From positions 177,878,001-177,942,000 of the forward strand of contig OZ024743.1 of the NCBI GenBank assembly GCA_964016885.1: a stretch of DNA of 64,000 nucleotides. Reading direction: 5' to 3'. Below the pieces are notes generated by a model, which saw only the letters and a list, made by a program, of their open reading frames with translations, was not told where the DNA came from and did not search any database. Shown piece after piece: positions 27,620-42,291 of the stretch (position 1 is its first letter; each line of letters opens with the position of its first letter). Made by a program: the position numbers and the translations under genes. The DNA comes from Eledone cirrhosa. Its lineage: Eukaryota.

Positions 27620-29074
27620 TATTTATATAAAACATTCGAATAAAGATATAGAACAAAAAGTGTCTAAAAAACACTAAATATAATCAAAGATTTCACGGAG
27701 AAATGTGTATATATGTACATATATGTATACATATATACATAATGTGTATATATGTACATATATGTATACATATATACATAGATAGTACATACATACGTAT
27801 GTACGTACATTCATACATAATACATACATACATTCATACATACATACATAGATGCATGATGGCTGCAAACTCTACTAAGATTATTGCAATCGCTTGTCAG
27901 AATACAGAAAATGGTGCACTTTTAGGTTACGGCCAGCCACACGAACCTGCAACAGATCCTGAACAAGCAATGCCTGTACTTTCAAGGTTTTTTAAAGGCC
28001 TTGCACTCGACTAATCCCACTCTCTGAGCATCGAAAACACTACCCGAAAAGGAGAACTGATCAACATCATCGAATGCTTTCGAAGCCGCAGTCTTTTTTT
28101 TTTTTATTTTTCAGAGTTTCCCTCTCTTAGAAAGGTGTTGTGACAACAACTGGGGGCCTTTCACTCCCATAGATACATATATACATAGATACATTCATGC
28201 ATGCATACTTACATTCATACATGTATACACTTACAGCATGCATTGCTACGTAAATACATACATACATACACAAATCTACATACACACACATAGACACACA
28301 TACACACATACATACATACATACATACATACATACATACATACATACATACATACATACATACATACACCCATACACACACATACGTACAATTTAAAAAC
28401 GAATTAGCTACTAAACTCAGCACTACATAATGAATTATGTTGTAATATTTCCATAGAGCAGCCTGTATTTCTGCCTCCAATGTAAAATAAATCAATACCA
28501 TCACAGTGCTATCTCATCAACTATATGATACTTTTTATATAATTATAATTATTCAAATTTCCTCTCAATATTTTATTACACAGTAGAAACCAAAATATAG
28601 ATTAATTTTTTTCTTAATCATAATTTCTTGATGTTATTGTTGGTAATTAATCATCTCATTTCATATTAGTAGAATAATCGATACAGTCGGTAAATCCTTC
28701 CTTTGAATTTCGTCTCCATCAATTAAAGCTAGTTCATATTTCCTGATGAATGCCATGAAAAGTTTTTCGTTTGTTTTGATAACAGTGTAATCACTGCAGA
28801 GATATCTGCTTATTCGAGACTATCCAGGAATTAGGTGGACGCCACATGGTTAAGAGGTTCTTTTCGCAATCATTAGGTCCCCGGTTCGATCTCACTGCGA
28901 ATATGGACACAGTCTGTTTTGATGTTGAGTGTTCTAGTTGTTTAACCAACAGAACAGCCTGCTCAATATAATAACTTGTACATGGCTGAGTATTCCACAT
29001 ACAGATGTACCCATAACTTAATTCCCAGGGAGATTCAGAGGAATATGACTGGCACTTTGAATTACGAGGCATGT

Positions 29075-29345
29075 GACCTGGTGGTAAATATTTTGGATTT
29101 ATGATCATCATGTTGTAGGTTCAATTCCTGGACTACGCTGTCTACTGTGTTCTTGAGCAAAACACTTCATTCCACGTTGCTTTAGTATACTCAGCTGAAA
29201 ATGAGTACCAGCAATAGCTGGGGGTTAAACCTGCGATGGACAAGTGTTCTGTCCAAGACAGAGTGTTGTATTCTCAGTCGCTTCACGCCACGGAAAACAG
29301 GATAAGCACCAGCCTAATGACGTTCCGGACTTGTTACAGACTTTA
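29075..29345 (+). mobile_element. SINE, second family
   Basis: GGTTCAATTCC...TTCTTGAGCAAAACACTTCATTCCACGTTGC...TCAGCTGAAAATGAGTACC...CCTGCGATGGAC. Confidence 0.65.
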
Positions 29346-29699
29346 TGACAGTACCTATATAGTACCTATATGACATTACCTGTCTGACTGTACCTATATA
29401 TACAGTACCTATATGTAGTACTTATATGACAGTACGTATAAACAGTACCGATATCCCTGCAAAGTTTCATGGTCATAGCCTTAGTGATTCTTGAAAAATG
29501 TTGACCTCTATAAAAGTACTAAAGTTCAACACATATGTGTACATATGATAACGTCACCAGACAAATGATGACGTCAGCAACATTTTTTCTGCAGCAATAA
29601 TTGCCAATCAATGGTCTATACTTGTGCTAAGTGTCATTGCCATAGCATTAGTAATTCAAGAATAAAGAAAGGGGGGGGGGGCGTTATAATATTCGAGAC

Positions 29700-30033
29700 A
29701 ATTGACTGCTATTTCTATTAGGTCAAACAACCGTTATTGGTTCTTCCATTAGCTTGAATAAAGAGAATATTGTCGGTGGTAGCATTTGACTGCTATTTCT
29801 AGCAGGTCGTATAATCTTTAGTGGTCCTTTCATTAGCTTGAATCAAGACATTTTACTGTGGTAGTATTTGACTGCTATTTCTAGCAGGTCAAACGACTGC
29901 TAGTGGTTCTTCCCTTAGCTTGAATCTAGACAATATTTTTCTGTGGTAGTATTAACTGCTATTTCTAGCAGGTCAAACAACCGTTAGTGATTCTTTCCTT
30001 AGCTTGAATCAAGACAATATTTTCCTGTGGTAG
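29700..30033. repeat. About 83-bp tandem repeat, 4 diverged copies
   Basis: TTGACTGCTATTTCTAGCAGGTC...TTAGCTTGAATCAAGACA recurs at about 29702, 29787, 29868 and 29952. Confidence 0.9.
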
Positions 30034-30297
30034 TGTGATAAATTAGTAAATTCTAAGATATGCTTTGTTGAAACTATAGAATTATGCCAAAGAGAAAATC
30101 TCAATACTAAACAATTTAGAATTTACACAAGTTAAATGAAACCTGACAAATATTTGACTTGGTTTCGTTTAAGTTTTATTGAATCATTACTCTAGGACTG
30201 CAAACAAAATAAAACAGTTAGAAATCCAGAAAATTTTCCAAAGATAACAGATGAAAACTTTATATCCATAAGCTACGTTATTACATTGTCAGGGTTG

Positions 30298-30505
30298 TAT
30301 GGCGGTGGATTGGTAGTATCGGTAGAGTGTCAGCCAATGTCATTTACGACATATACTTATGGCCCTTTGCCTTCTGTTCAAATCCCGCCAAGATTAGCTT
30401 TACCTTTCGTCCTTACGGGGTCGATAAAATAAAATACAAGTAATGCGATGGGGTCAATTTAATTGACTTTCCCCTCTCTAAAAATTGTTGGCCTTGTGGC
30501 TAAAC
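30298..30505 (+). mobile_element. SINE copy
   Basis: GGCGGTGGATTGG...GTTCAAATCCCGCC...CCTTACGGGGTCGATAAAATAAA. Confidence 0.85.
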
Positions 30506-30765
30506 CATTATAATGTCGGGTTGTACTTGATTATATGTTTCTAGTATAGGCGATAATATATGTGTATGTATATGTATGAACATATTCCGATTTGGATTTC
30601 CATCACGTCTGGTGAGATGATTGATCCCAAAATTGAAACCGATTGTAATCAAGGCTACTAGCTGGTCATATGCAGAACATTGAAACTTTGATCTTTCAGT
30701 CTTTATATATACACATATGTGTGTGTGTGTGGGGGGGGGGGGGTACATATATGCATTAACATACA

Positions 30766-30804
<39 letters not shown>

Positions 30805-31239
30805 GTGTGTGTATGTATGAGTGCGTGTTTATGTATATATATTGGATTTGCGAGATTCAATACATTCCAGTGAGCAGAGGGTTCATCTTATATCTTATAT
30901 CTCTATAAAGACATAGCTGATACGGTGCCTAACTTCCATTATCGTATTATCAATAAAAGCTTCAATTCCACAGAAAGCAATTTGTACATTATATTAAAAC
31001 ACTGCAAGTTAATCAATACTAGTAAATTACCCGCTTTCGTTGCATATAACTTCCTGTGAGCCCTACCCAAGAATGATATGGTGTTTATGACTGAATACGA
31101 ACTTTAACGCCTCTCAGACATCCCATCTATTAAATTGGATATCTTTATGAAGCTTTTTATATAAATATTTTTAAATAAATTTATGTTGATAGTAGCTCTT
31201 TTATCCAACAAAAATAAAATCAATGAGTCAGTGCTGTGA

Positions 31240-32067
31240 AGAATGAGACACTTCTCCTCACAAGCACACCTACGGAGTGCACTCTACATTTGAATAGATT
31301 CCACTGAAGTAGATGGAGGAGTTCAAGTATTTTGGGGCCATGTTTACGAGTGATGGAAGGCAGGAGGTTGAATCAAGTGCAAGAATTGCAGGAGCTAGCG
31401 CAAAAATGCGCCAGCTTCAGCATTCAGTAATCAGAAGAAGAGAGGTAGGTGTAAAAGTCAAACTTGCTATATTTGGTATTCGTACCAACTCTTACCTAAA
31501 TCTTGGCTAATAGCCGAAAGAATACGATCGAGAATACAGCGGCCGAAATAGGGTTTCTCAGAAGGGTTTTTGGAGTAACGTTACTCGATAAAGTACGTAG
31601 CTTGAAGATTAGAGAGTCACTCCGCGTAGAGCCGTTACTTCTCCGAATTGAGATACCACAGCTCCGATACTATGGGATTGTGGTTAGAATGTCTCAGGGA
31701 ATAATCGTTGGACAGATTTTAAGAGCAAAACCAGCCTGTAGAAGACACAGGGGTAGACCCCGAGTAAAATGGTTGGATAAACTTCATGAGCTCGGCTGGT
31801 CTTGCTTGGAGTTCCAGCCGGATCAGTTGGCGACGGTTTCATCTTTGACAGGACCAGCTGGAAGGAGTGTTTGAGGACTCTATCTCCACGACTTTCTCAA
31901 GAAGAAGAAGAAGAAGAAGAAGAAGAAGAAGAAGAAGAAGAAGAAGAAGAAGAAGAAGAAGAAGAAGAAGAAGAAGAAGAAGAAGAAGAAGAAGAAGAAG
32001 AAGAAGAAGAAGAAGAAGAAGAAGAAGAAGAAGAAGAAGAAGAAGAAGGAGGAGGAGGAGGAGGAGG
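31240..32067 (+). mobile_element. RTE-clade LINE 3' fragment with long (GAA)n(GGA)n tail
   Basis: EEFKYFG.MFTSDG, AAEIGFLRRVFGVTLLDKVRS, QLRYYG..VRM, RHRGRPRVKW. Confidence 0.88.
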
Positions 32068-32594
32068 AATTTCTGTTATTCATTCTCTTTTTTATACCAA
32101 ATATGTACAAACTATTCCCAACTCTCAACCTACACACATTGTATATTTCTTCCATCTTATTCTAATATTATTTTCACTTATGACTGCTAACTTTCTCACA
32201 TCAACAGCCACTCACAATTCTTTCACTGCCAACATCACTTGCTGCAGCTTTTCTTCGTCGTCTTCATTATTCAACTGCCTACAGCAAAGAGATAACACCA
32301 GTCTTTCTCTCTACTCACACACAGATAACTACAGAGGATTCAAAACAATGGATTTTTCATTATCCATGGCTTAACACCGCCACATGCCCGTTGTGTGTAT
32401 TTAACGCTGTTCACTCTGTTGCATTTAGAAATGTAGATTTTATTTTATGAAGTTCATAGTTGTATGAATAACATTACAAATTGTTTATAATTCTTACTTC
32501 AAAGACTAGCACTGGGTATGATAGCACCATAGTGAGTGGCTGACAGATGTTAACGACAGCAACAGTTGACTGATAAAATGACAAGTCAGTCAAT

Positions 32595-32855
32595 CATATT
32601 GGTGGCCTCCCCACAGCCCCGGCGTTTCACCGGAGGACGGCAAGGGAGACACGCTGGAAAAGCCATCCCAACTCGCGAGACTCACACCTACGGCTGGCCA
32701 ACGCCTATGCTGGTGAGTAGGGAGGTAGCCCTAGAGACGAGGACACCAGAAGTCTCCACTGCCAAAGGTACAACCGCAAACCTGTCGGAGAGCGACCGGT
32801 ATTTGGAGAGTTTGGCCTCCTCAGCCCGAGGTGCAGCAGATTGCGGCTGGAGAAA
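32595..32855 (-). mobile_element. CRE-like retrotransposon 3' fragment
   Basis: Reverse complement is similar to 40755-41015. Confidence 0.75.
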
Positions 32856-35459
32856 GTAATTTATAATTCTTACAGAATGAAAATATATACAGATATAAAC
32901 ACATATAATAAATACAATTAATTATTGCTAGGAACAGCACAAATATAAAGCATAATAATATATGTCTGAGTGAGAGAAAAAGAATAAGAAATGATAAAGG
33001 AAAGAAAAAAAAATAAACGACCATCGATTAAACACCAAGGGAGACAATCGGGGTCACACTCCACACCACATGACTCAACAGAAACGTTTTATGGCAAGAC
33101 AATAATACACTTGCAGCATTACCGTGGATGATGGCGTGGCTAAGGCGCTCAAACAACCAAGCATTCTCATGGGCATCACTGACACCTTGGTAAGGCGAGG
33201 TGATGGAATACTACAGGCTGGAAGAAATAGTTATTTTATAGTTCCTGGTATTTTAGGATTTTATTTCGTTCGGTTATGAAAGCAGTGACTGTAAAATTTG
33301 TCCAGATAAAAATTTGAACTCGTCGACATATTGAAACTTTTCAGTTTTCTAAGCTGTTGTAAAGTATGTGTGTATGTGTGTGTGTGTGTGTGCGTGTGTG
33401 CAATCGACTGTGTTGTTGTGAGTGTACATAGGTATATGTGTGACTGTGTGATTGTGTCAGTATATGTGTGCGTGCATCCGATTTAATGTTTGAATTCGTG
33501 GGTGTATGTATGTGAATATGTCTCTATGTGAATATGTATCTGAATATGTATGTATGTGTATATGTATGTTTGTGTCTATATATATGTATGCATATATGTG
33601 CGTATGTGAATATGTAGGTATGTGAATATGTACGGATGTGAATATGTACGGATGTGAATATGAATGTATGTGAATATGTACGTATGTGAATATGTACGTA
33701 TGTGAATATGTATTGATGTGTATATGAATGTATCCTATATGTATATGTACGTATGTGAATATATACATATGTGCATATGTACGTATGTGAATATGTGCGC
33801 ATGCGTGCACATATGTCCCTGCCGTATTTTCCCCAGCCACAGCTATGAATAACCTTAGTCCACGTTTGTCAGTCTGAGTCAAGCCTGGCCAGTGTCTTCC
33901 TTTCTCATTGGACTAATTGATTAAAGAATTAAAAACATAAAATGTGAACTCATCAAAATCTTCGGCCTTTCTCTTTCTATTTAAGCTCTTGTAAAATCTT
34001 CGAGTAAAACCGAAAGATTGTAATAAAACGCGGTTGTAACCGAACGACTTCCTCTTCAATCATCATTGGGTTCGTTGTATTGCAGCCCACTACCATTATA
34101 AAGACATAGAATGATACATCGCAATCATTTCAATAGACAGAACCATAGACAACATACTGTGTTTGCGATTTTCGGTATTAGGAATTTCTTCATTAAAGTC
34201 AAACTAGCTGTATAATGTAAATCCTGAAGTCTTTGCAGGGGGAGAAACAGAATGCAACTTCTGTTAATGAAGACTACGAAACATACTAAGGAGCAAGTAA
34301 AAGAAAGGATTGTCGAAAAGCAAAGATCGCCAATATTTCAGACATTATAAACAAAGCTCGTAGGGAGCGAATTGAGAGAGTCGTTAGAACGTCGGATTGA
34401 ATGCTTTGTGGTATTAGTTTCGGCTATCTGCTCTCTGAGTTCAAATCCCGTCCAGGTCAACTTTATCTTTCATCCATGCGATATCGATAAAAAAGTACCA
34501 TTCAAGTCGTGGGGTCGGTAGTTCCTCTGTGTCTCTTTTTTACCTCCATTCCTTCTCTCTTTATCCTTCTGTGGACGACATTTATTGTGTTCAAACATGG
34601 AGAAGAGATGGGCGCCGCCAGGTTTTAAAAATGCCCCAGAAACCTTATATGTCAATATGGTACAACTACGAGTAAAAGAAAGGAAATTAAAGCGGTGGCG
34701 ATGCCCCAGCATGGCCTTAGCACCTCATCTGGAACATATAATAGATATAATAGAATCTAGCAGTGTATCCGGGCGTTGCACGGGTAAGAACATTGGTAAT
34801 AGCACCTCCAATGAGGAAGGTTTATTTGTGAGTGCCTGTTAAAACTCACGAAAATATACCGACAGGAAACTTGTTTTTTTTAGAGAAAATTAAGGAGTTG
34901 AAAGTACAGTTTAGCTGTCTACGTGCATTGTTCATAGAAATATTGTTGAGCCCCTCCTTTTCATACTCCTCTGTTTTGGCCTTTTAGAGTAAATGTGAAA
35001 GAGAAAGTCACAGGTTAATTTGGCAGAAGTTTCCTGTGTCATAGCAGTAAGGCGTAGGCTACTTACCTCAAAAGTTCATTCGGACACTTTCCACTAAGTT
35101 ACTCTTTCTCTCTATCCCACTCGGTGCAGTCCCTTGCGAATTTCTCGCGTAGGCCTGGTGTAGATTTGCACCCGATCCATCTACCCGATGCACATATCCG
35201 CTTTGTACGGCTTTTGGAGGAAGGAGTCACCAGCAGTACGTTGTTCAGTATTATTACGAAATGGTGTAGCAGAGAAACCCGCGTGAACTAACAGCTAGGG
35301 AGGAAACTGTTTACCCCGAAGATTCATTCGCCCTCGTTCTTGTCAACGCTTAGTATTTGTTGGTCTACAGTTAGATGAATGGCACACAAAGGGTTAATGT
35401 TTATTGGCAAGAAGTTTTTTGAATAATAAAAGACGGGTTAAAGCGACCTATAATGTATC

Positions 35460-35553
<94 letters not shown>

Positions 35554-35696
35554 AAAAGTTCTATTTAAATTGTTGGGATACAACAAGCAAATATTTTTAT
35601 AACTGATATAAAGCACTCAATAAATAATTGGAGTAAAAATACGATATTAACAAATGGAAACTATATTTTATAATATAGTTTCCATTTGTTAATATC

Positions 35697-35758
<62 letters not shown>

Positions 35759-35759
35759 G

Positions 35760-35810
35760 AGCTTCTACAGGACTAGAACTGTTTCATTCGTGAATAATCA
35801 TCAGGAAGCT
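35760..35810 (-). ncRNA. Type I hammerhead motif, canonical core
   Basis: agcttc-CTGATGA-tt-att(cacg)aat-GAAA-cag(ttctagtc)ctg-TA-gaagct, directly next to (TA)n. Confidence 0.75.
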
Positions 35811-37023
35811 GGCTGTCCAAGTGGGTGGTGGTATTTATATATTTTCTTTAAAGCTATAATATTATCAAAGGCAGAAAGAATACTGTAAACAAATTGAAAT
35901 TTGGAATACCAATCGTAGTTTATCACTTAGACTAACAATGCCTGTAAGACAGGTGTCTACAGGATGGGTGGTGTTCATTGGTTTAAAGAAAAGGGAAATT
36001 CTTTAGCAGCTAATTCTTTAAGGGTGAAATAAGGGTGACAAAGGCAGAAAGGGTTCCATCAACAGATTCAGGTGTTGGGGGTGATTCCCTTTATTGTGAA
36101 GTTTCTCTCAATATATATTCCAGGTGTCGACAAGCACATTCACACACGCGCCCCACTTACACACGTACACACACATACACACACACACAGGCAGGCACAC
36201 ACACAACAAACATACATAAAGGTACATACATACATATATACAAATATCTAAACTATAATAAACGAAGGAGTGCGGGACTGCGTACGGTTCATTTTTTTTA
36301 TCTCGTTTGTAAAATAAGTTGGGTTACTTTGAATAAATAATGAATGAATATTACATAATGTATGTACTAAATTTCGTAAACATGAATAATTTTGTAAAAA
36401 TAAATAATTTCAAATTGACTTCTTTTGAAAGTTGCACTTCCGGTATATAGTCGCCACCACCCCACTTCAACTACCTCATATATAGAAAGAGAGAGTTTGT
36501 GATGAGAGAGATAGAGAGATTATGATTTTCGACACCTAACGCGTATGATTGTGTACATACATACATCTATATGTATGAGTATATAACTATTATGAGTATA
36601 TAACTATAATTGCGCAAACACAAACTTATAAAAATACACTCTCACGGACATAATTCACACAAATATACATACTTTCACACAAATATACATACATTCAAAC
36701 ATATACATTTACACAAACACACACATACAGTCATGATAGCGTTCGGTTTAATTGGAGATGGGAGGGTATACTTTCACACAAATATACATACATTCACACA
36801 AACATACATACATTTGTACATACTTTCACACAAACATACATACATTCACAGATATACATTTACACAAACATACATATATTCACACATACACATTTACACA
36901 AACACACACATAGAGTCATGATAGCGTTAGGTTTAATTGGAGATGGCAGGGTAAAACAAGTATAACGTTTTATTTATTTATTAATTCTTTATTTATTAAC
37001 TCTTTTTTTTTAAACTCATTTAA

Positions 37024-37212
37024 TATAATTGTTTCTACTTTTGGCACAAGGCCAGCAAATTACCCAGTGCATTACTGGTACTTTATTTTATCGACCCTGT
37101 AAGGATGAAAGGCAAAGTTAACCCCAGCGGGATTTGAACTCATATCATAAAGGGCCGTAACTCTTTGTTGCAAAGCATGGCGTCCGACCCTCTACCGATA
37201 CTGCCAATCCAC
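37024..37212 (-). mobile_element. SINE copy with TSD
   Basis: SINE core, flanked by CATTTAATATAAT. Confidence 0.9.
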
Positions 37213-37413
37213 ATTTAATATAATGGTTACAGAACGAAAACACCAACAAATATAATATATACAAAGGAAAGGGAAGGGGAAAAAAGAAAGAAAAAATACA
37301 CAAGCACTAGCATCTTAGACTCCATAGAACAAAATGCAGATGAAAGGGGTTGAAAAACGAGACACTGCCAGAGCAAAAGATAGCAATATAGCGAGGAGCA
37401 CTGGGAAATCTTT

Positions 37414-37778
37414 CTAATAATTTTTTAGGCAGGCCAACACGCTCGCAGCGTTACCTGGGGTGATGGCGAGGCTGAGGTGCTGGAACAACCAAGTGCCCTC
37501 ACGAGCATCACCAGTTACCTCTGTTTGGCGAGCCGCCAGTGAAGATAAGAACCTCGCTGTCATTAGCCCGACTCCCACAAACGTCTCGAACGCCACAGGC
37601 TGGATAATGGAGTTAGCTGACAGAACACGGTATTTTAGGATTTTGTTCCGTTCAGCTGCGGATGCTGTAGCTCTCGCCCTTACCGCTGCATCCAGAATGT
37701 GGGAAGACGCAAAAGAGTCACTAACTGTGACGACCCATGTAAGGCACCTGCCTCTTGACCAGGACCACAGAGTAAGAT
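37414..37778 (-). mobile_element. CRE-like retrotransposon endonuclease fragment
   Basis: Minus strand PWSRGRC, AERNKILKYR, PVAFETFVGVG, WLFQHLSLAITPGNAASVL. Confidence 0.75.
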
Positions 37779-39299
37779 TGTCAGCAATGACGTGTTCGTC
37801 AGAATGTCGTTATGCAGACAGCTAGACATACAGTCAGATATTATAAGGGCTCGACGGAGATCGATAACTAGCGCCTAACACCCCTTTAAGAACAGAAAAT
37901 TGAAAAACAAAAGTTGCAGTTAGTATCTTTAGACCGCAAGGAATATATAAATGCAAGTTTGAAGTCAATCGGAGTAGAAATGTGGATTTGTATAGACTTT
38001 GCAAAAATGAGGACGCACACACACACAAACACACACACATACAGAGGCAACAGTTTTATATATATGTATAGATAATGCACAGCTTTATAATAGAAATAAA
38101 ACACACCAGTGCTCAACGAAGTCACCGCGTTTATAATAGATGCTCGAATTGTTAAAGCAATAATATATTCCGAGCTATAAATAGTAGCTCGAGGATAAGA
38201 AAGACCAAAAAGTGAAATACAGAAATATTATTTATATAATTGTTTCTATTTTAGGCACAATGAGACCAGAAATGACTTCAGATTATCTTTCACTCATTCT
38301 TTCACTGGATGCTGTGAATACCATACAAATACATTGATTACAAGTTATGGACAGGGGAAAACTAATAAGTCTAAAGTCTGTCTTGAGTAGGGGGAGGGGT
38401 CATAAGGCCAGTACTTATCACAGTTTTCACCTAGACAGGACTCCTGTTCATCACAGACGTAAACTCTCAGCTATTGCTCGAACACATTTTCAACTGAGTA
38501 TAATGGGAAATGATGTGTTTTACTCAAGAACACAACACACAACACAGTGCAGAAATTGAACACACGACATTATAATCCAACACTCTTACCACTATTACCT
38601 ATTGTTAAAATGTAGCAGCAGCAATTAACCACCACAACCATCATGAATGTGTGCCACACATGTTCCCTACATGTACCTCATGTGGGCCTCAGGTGGGCCT
38701 CAAATATGCCATATGTGTGCCGGAATATGCGGAGTTCGAAATACTTTTTACATACATGTTTACTCCATTGTGGACAGCAATTTGGCCATCATCGGTAATT
38801 AGGGGACAATATAAAGACGCATGCGCCATATATAAGAATATGCGTGTGTCTGTGTTGGGAGTGGTATGTCATTTAGATTTATATGTATGCGTTCCTGTGT
38901 GCGTGTGCATGTGTGGGTACATGCGTGTACGTGAGCATGTGTGTGTACATGTATGTATGTGCATGTGCCTACATATGCAACTATGTGCATGTTGGTTGGA
39001 TGAGGTCATTTGTATTTATATATTTGCGTTCTTCTGTTGTGTGTGCATGTGTTTACGTGTGCCTCTGTGTGTGTACATGTGCGTGTGTGTGCGTGTGCAT
39101 ATATGTGCTCATATGTGTGCACATGTGTATGCACATATGGGGCTGAGAACCTATGTGTGTGCACGTGTGCATATATATATATGTGCATGTATGTTTGCAT
39201 CTAGGGCTGTGTATCTATTTGTATCTATCATGCTCACAATATGGCTGCCTATCAATTGAAAATATAAGTTTTTCTCCGTGGCTTTCCAGCGAAGATAAA

Positions 39300-41020
39300 C
39301 GAATATATGACATCACGCCGAGATCATCTGCTCGAGGCCTGTCTCAGCCGAGCCCCCCTCTGCCTACCCGCTGGCCTACCTGTCATATGGAGCCCAGAGC
39401 ATGCTCCTAGCTGCTGATACGGTCATACCCTCGGCTACTGGGGTCCAACAGGGCGACCCTTTGGGGCCCCTCCTGTTCGCCCTTGGTATTGACCACATCG
39501 CCCGGAGTATCACGGCCCCTCTCAACGTTTGGTATCTGGATGATGCTACTTTGGGCGGGCCCGTACGGACGGTCTGCCAAAACTTTCAATCGGTGATTCC
39601 TGCCCTGGCGGGAATCAGCATCCAGGTCAACTCGGCCAAGTCGGAGGTGGTGAACGTCAGCCTCGATGCTGCGAGCTTTGCAGCCTCCGTCTTGGACGTG
39701 CGGTCCATTCTCCACCAGGTTCAGGTGACCCCAAAGAGGATGTCCTCATCCTCGGGTCACCGATCCACCCGCCGGCTATCCGCTCCACCATCAGGTCCAG
39801 GCTTCAACAGCTCCAGACACTCACGAGCCGACTGGGCTTGATTGACGGCCACCCAGCTCTCTTTCTGCTGAGGGACTGCTTCGCCATACCGAAGTTCCTC
39901 TATACACTCCGCAGCGCTCCATGCTACACCCAGACATCTCTCCTCGCTGACTTCGATACTTGTATCCGAGCAGCAGCCGAGGGGATATGCAGCGTCAAGT
40001 TTGACGACATAGGGTGGCAACAGGCCACTTTACCGGTCAGCTATGGCGGCCTAGGCCTCCGGTCCCCGATCTCACTAGCTTTGCCGGCGTATCTTTCGTC
40101 GGTAACCTCTTGTCGCGTCCTCGTCACCAGGGTTCTTCAAAACACAACAGAACCCTTTGTTCAGAGAACGTGAGGCCGCCTGTGAGACGTGGGACCGGTT
40201 GGGTTTAGCCCAGTAGACGTCCCTCCTCCTTCTTCCCCTGTTGACGTCAAGACCTTCAACGCACTTGGGATGCCATCCAGTGCAGCCTGGCCTCAGACAG
40301 GCTCACGCGCCAGCTCGACCAGCACCGCCTTGCTTGTTTTCGTGCGGCCTCCAAACACCACAGTGGTGCCTGGCTCCATGCTCTGCCCTCCTTCTCCACT
40401 GGCACGCAGCTAGACAACCATAGCCTGCGAATCGGCGTTTCCCTGAGGCTCGTCCTCAGGATCTGCCACCACACCAATGTCGCTGCAGTTCCACCGTGGA
40501 CTCTTTCGGCCTCCACCTGCTTTCCTGTCGCCACAGTGCCGGCCGCATTCTGCCCTCAACGAGGTCATTAAGCATGGCTTGGACGCTACAGGCTTCCCTT
40601 CCCAGCTCGAGCCGGTGGGGCTGGATCAAGGGGACGGAAAAAGGCCAGATGGCATGACCATCTTCCAGTTCCACGGTGGCAAACCCTCGTCGGGGATGCC
40701 ACTTGCACCGACACTTTCTGCAGCCGCAACCTGGAGCAGTCTGCGACCCACCCAGGTTCTGCTGCACGTCGGGCTGAGGGGGCCACACTCCTCAAATACC
40801 GGTCGCTCTCCGACAGGTTTGCGGTCGTTCCCCTGGCAGTGGAAATTTCTGGTGTCCTCAGCCCCAGGGCTACCTCCTTACTCACCACCATAGGCGCTGA
40901 GCTGGCTGCCGTAGGTGTGAGCCCCGTGAGTTGGAGTGGCTTTTCCAGCGCGTCTCCCTTGCCGTCCTCCGGGGAAATGCCTTCTCCATTCTGTCCACCG
41001 GGGCTGTGGGTGGGCCCCAT
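39300..41020 (+). pseudogene. CRE-clade non-LTR retrotransposon (RT + restriction-like endonuclease), 5'-truncated, frameshifted
   Basis: GVQQGDPLGPLLFAL, WYLDDATLGG, QATLPVSYGGLGL, GAWLHALP, PHSALNEVIK, EPVGL...DGKRPDG, FAVVPLAVE. GC-rich island. Confidence 0.88.
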
Positions 41021-41081
41021 CGCATACCAATACATTAGTTAAATACCATTCTTTCATCATTTATCTGCTTGTTGCTGTAAT

Positions 41082-41281
41082 NNNNNNNNNNNNNNNNNNN
41101 NNNNNNNNNNNNNNNNNNNNNNNNNNNNNNNNNNNNNNNNNNNNNNNNNNNNNNNNNNNNNNNNNNNNNNNNNNNNNNNNNNNNNNNNNNNNNNNNNNNN
41201 NNNNNNNNNNNNNNNNNNNNNNNNNNNNNNNNNNNNNNNNNNNNNNNNNNNNNNNNNNNNNNNNNNNNNNNNNNNNNNNNN
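41082..41281. other. Assembly gap (200 N)
   Basis: Run of N. Confidence 1.
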
Positions 41282-41889
41282 TGCTTGATTATGGCTGACA
41301 ACTGATGCAACCAAGACACACATAGTAAAAACCAATATATGGAACATTATATTATGTAACATTATCCCATTATTTTAATTTATATTCCTTTGAAGTTCCG
41401 ATGTGCCACTCTGTTTATTAAATATGTTAATTATTTTCAACCTAACCAGATCAATTATGATATATAGTCATCTGATCCAGAAATATTATATGGAGTAGCG
41501 AAACAATTTGTAAACGGACATTATTATTATTATATTATTATTATTATTCTCTACATTCCTTACATCAAACTAAATATGTTGACAATCTTTTAATAATGTC
41601 TTCCTTGTGAAATTTGTGGTCTTGTTTTGCTTAACTAATGAATATTCCAGCTCTGCGCACCTAACTTCTGCATGAACCCAGCCACCTAGCTGCTTTCTAC
41701 TGCATATTGCACATTGAGCACATGCCTTTACGCTTTGGCTTCTAACTAATTCACCAATCTCTCCTCTCATATCTCCTCTCCTATCTCCATCTCTCTCTTT
41801 AAGATTGGTTACTCTTGAACTGTGTATACTTGAGTTCCCGTAGTTAAGCTATTTACTGTTAGAGGTCACCATGTTGAGCAAACAGGAAC

Positions 41890-42150
41890 TCAGAATCTCA
41901 CTTAAGTCTGATACCTATCCCGGACAGAAAGACATACCTCAAACTCCTAATACAGATTGTCAACTCCTTCATTCGAAGAATAAGATGGAAAGCGTAACAC
42001 TTTGACCGTGCGGTTTGCTGCGGACGCCGGAAGTACAGCATATAGATATGGATTTACCACATGCAAGAAACTCCCCACACAACATCCTGCTGGACCCTTT
42101 TGAGAAAGATCTATTCAACTTCGTCAGGAGCATTAAGTTCAAAAAGCATT
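41890..42150 (+). pseudogene. N-terminal ORF fragment of a Hydra-like PLE
   Basis: IPIP...FIRRIRWKA...YGF...PFEKDLFNFVRSIKFKK aligns by eye with NIPIP...FAKRLRWRT...PFENDLFQLVKNLKVK at 61.5-61.75 kb. Confidence 0.75.
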
Positions 42151-42291
42151 ATGAATATATATATATATATATATATATTAATATATCTTGTTTTTTGTGT
42201 ATTAACTGTTAGAACTATTAGATATCTCTCCTCGTCTGTCGTGGTTTATTAGCTATATACGAACGTTTAAACTGATTAAATATATAAATAA

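Larger units (their letters stand above)
34757..38072 (-). mobile_element. Non-autonomous Helitron split by nested insertions (3' part 34757-35415, 5' part 37780-38072)
   Basis: Both parts match the corresponding parts of 11476-12654. CTAG and hairpin end; TC start. Confidence 0.7.

Noticed and set aside
28743-28770. CTGATGA-atgccat-GAAA
   Set aside because: No stem I pairing; likely a chance match.
35598-35672. tataa-CTGATAT...GAAA-ctata-TT-ttata
   Set aside because: Core and stems are too degenerate in AT-rich DNA.
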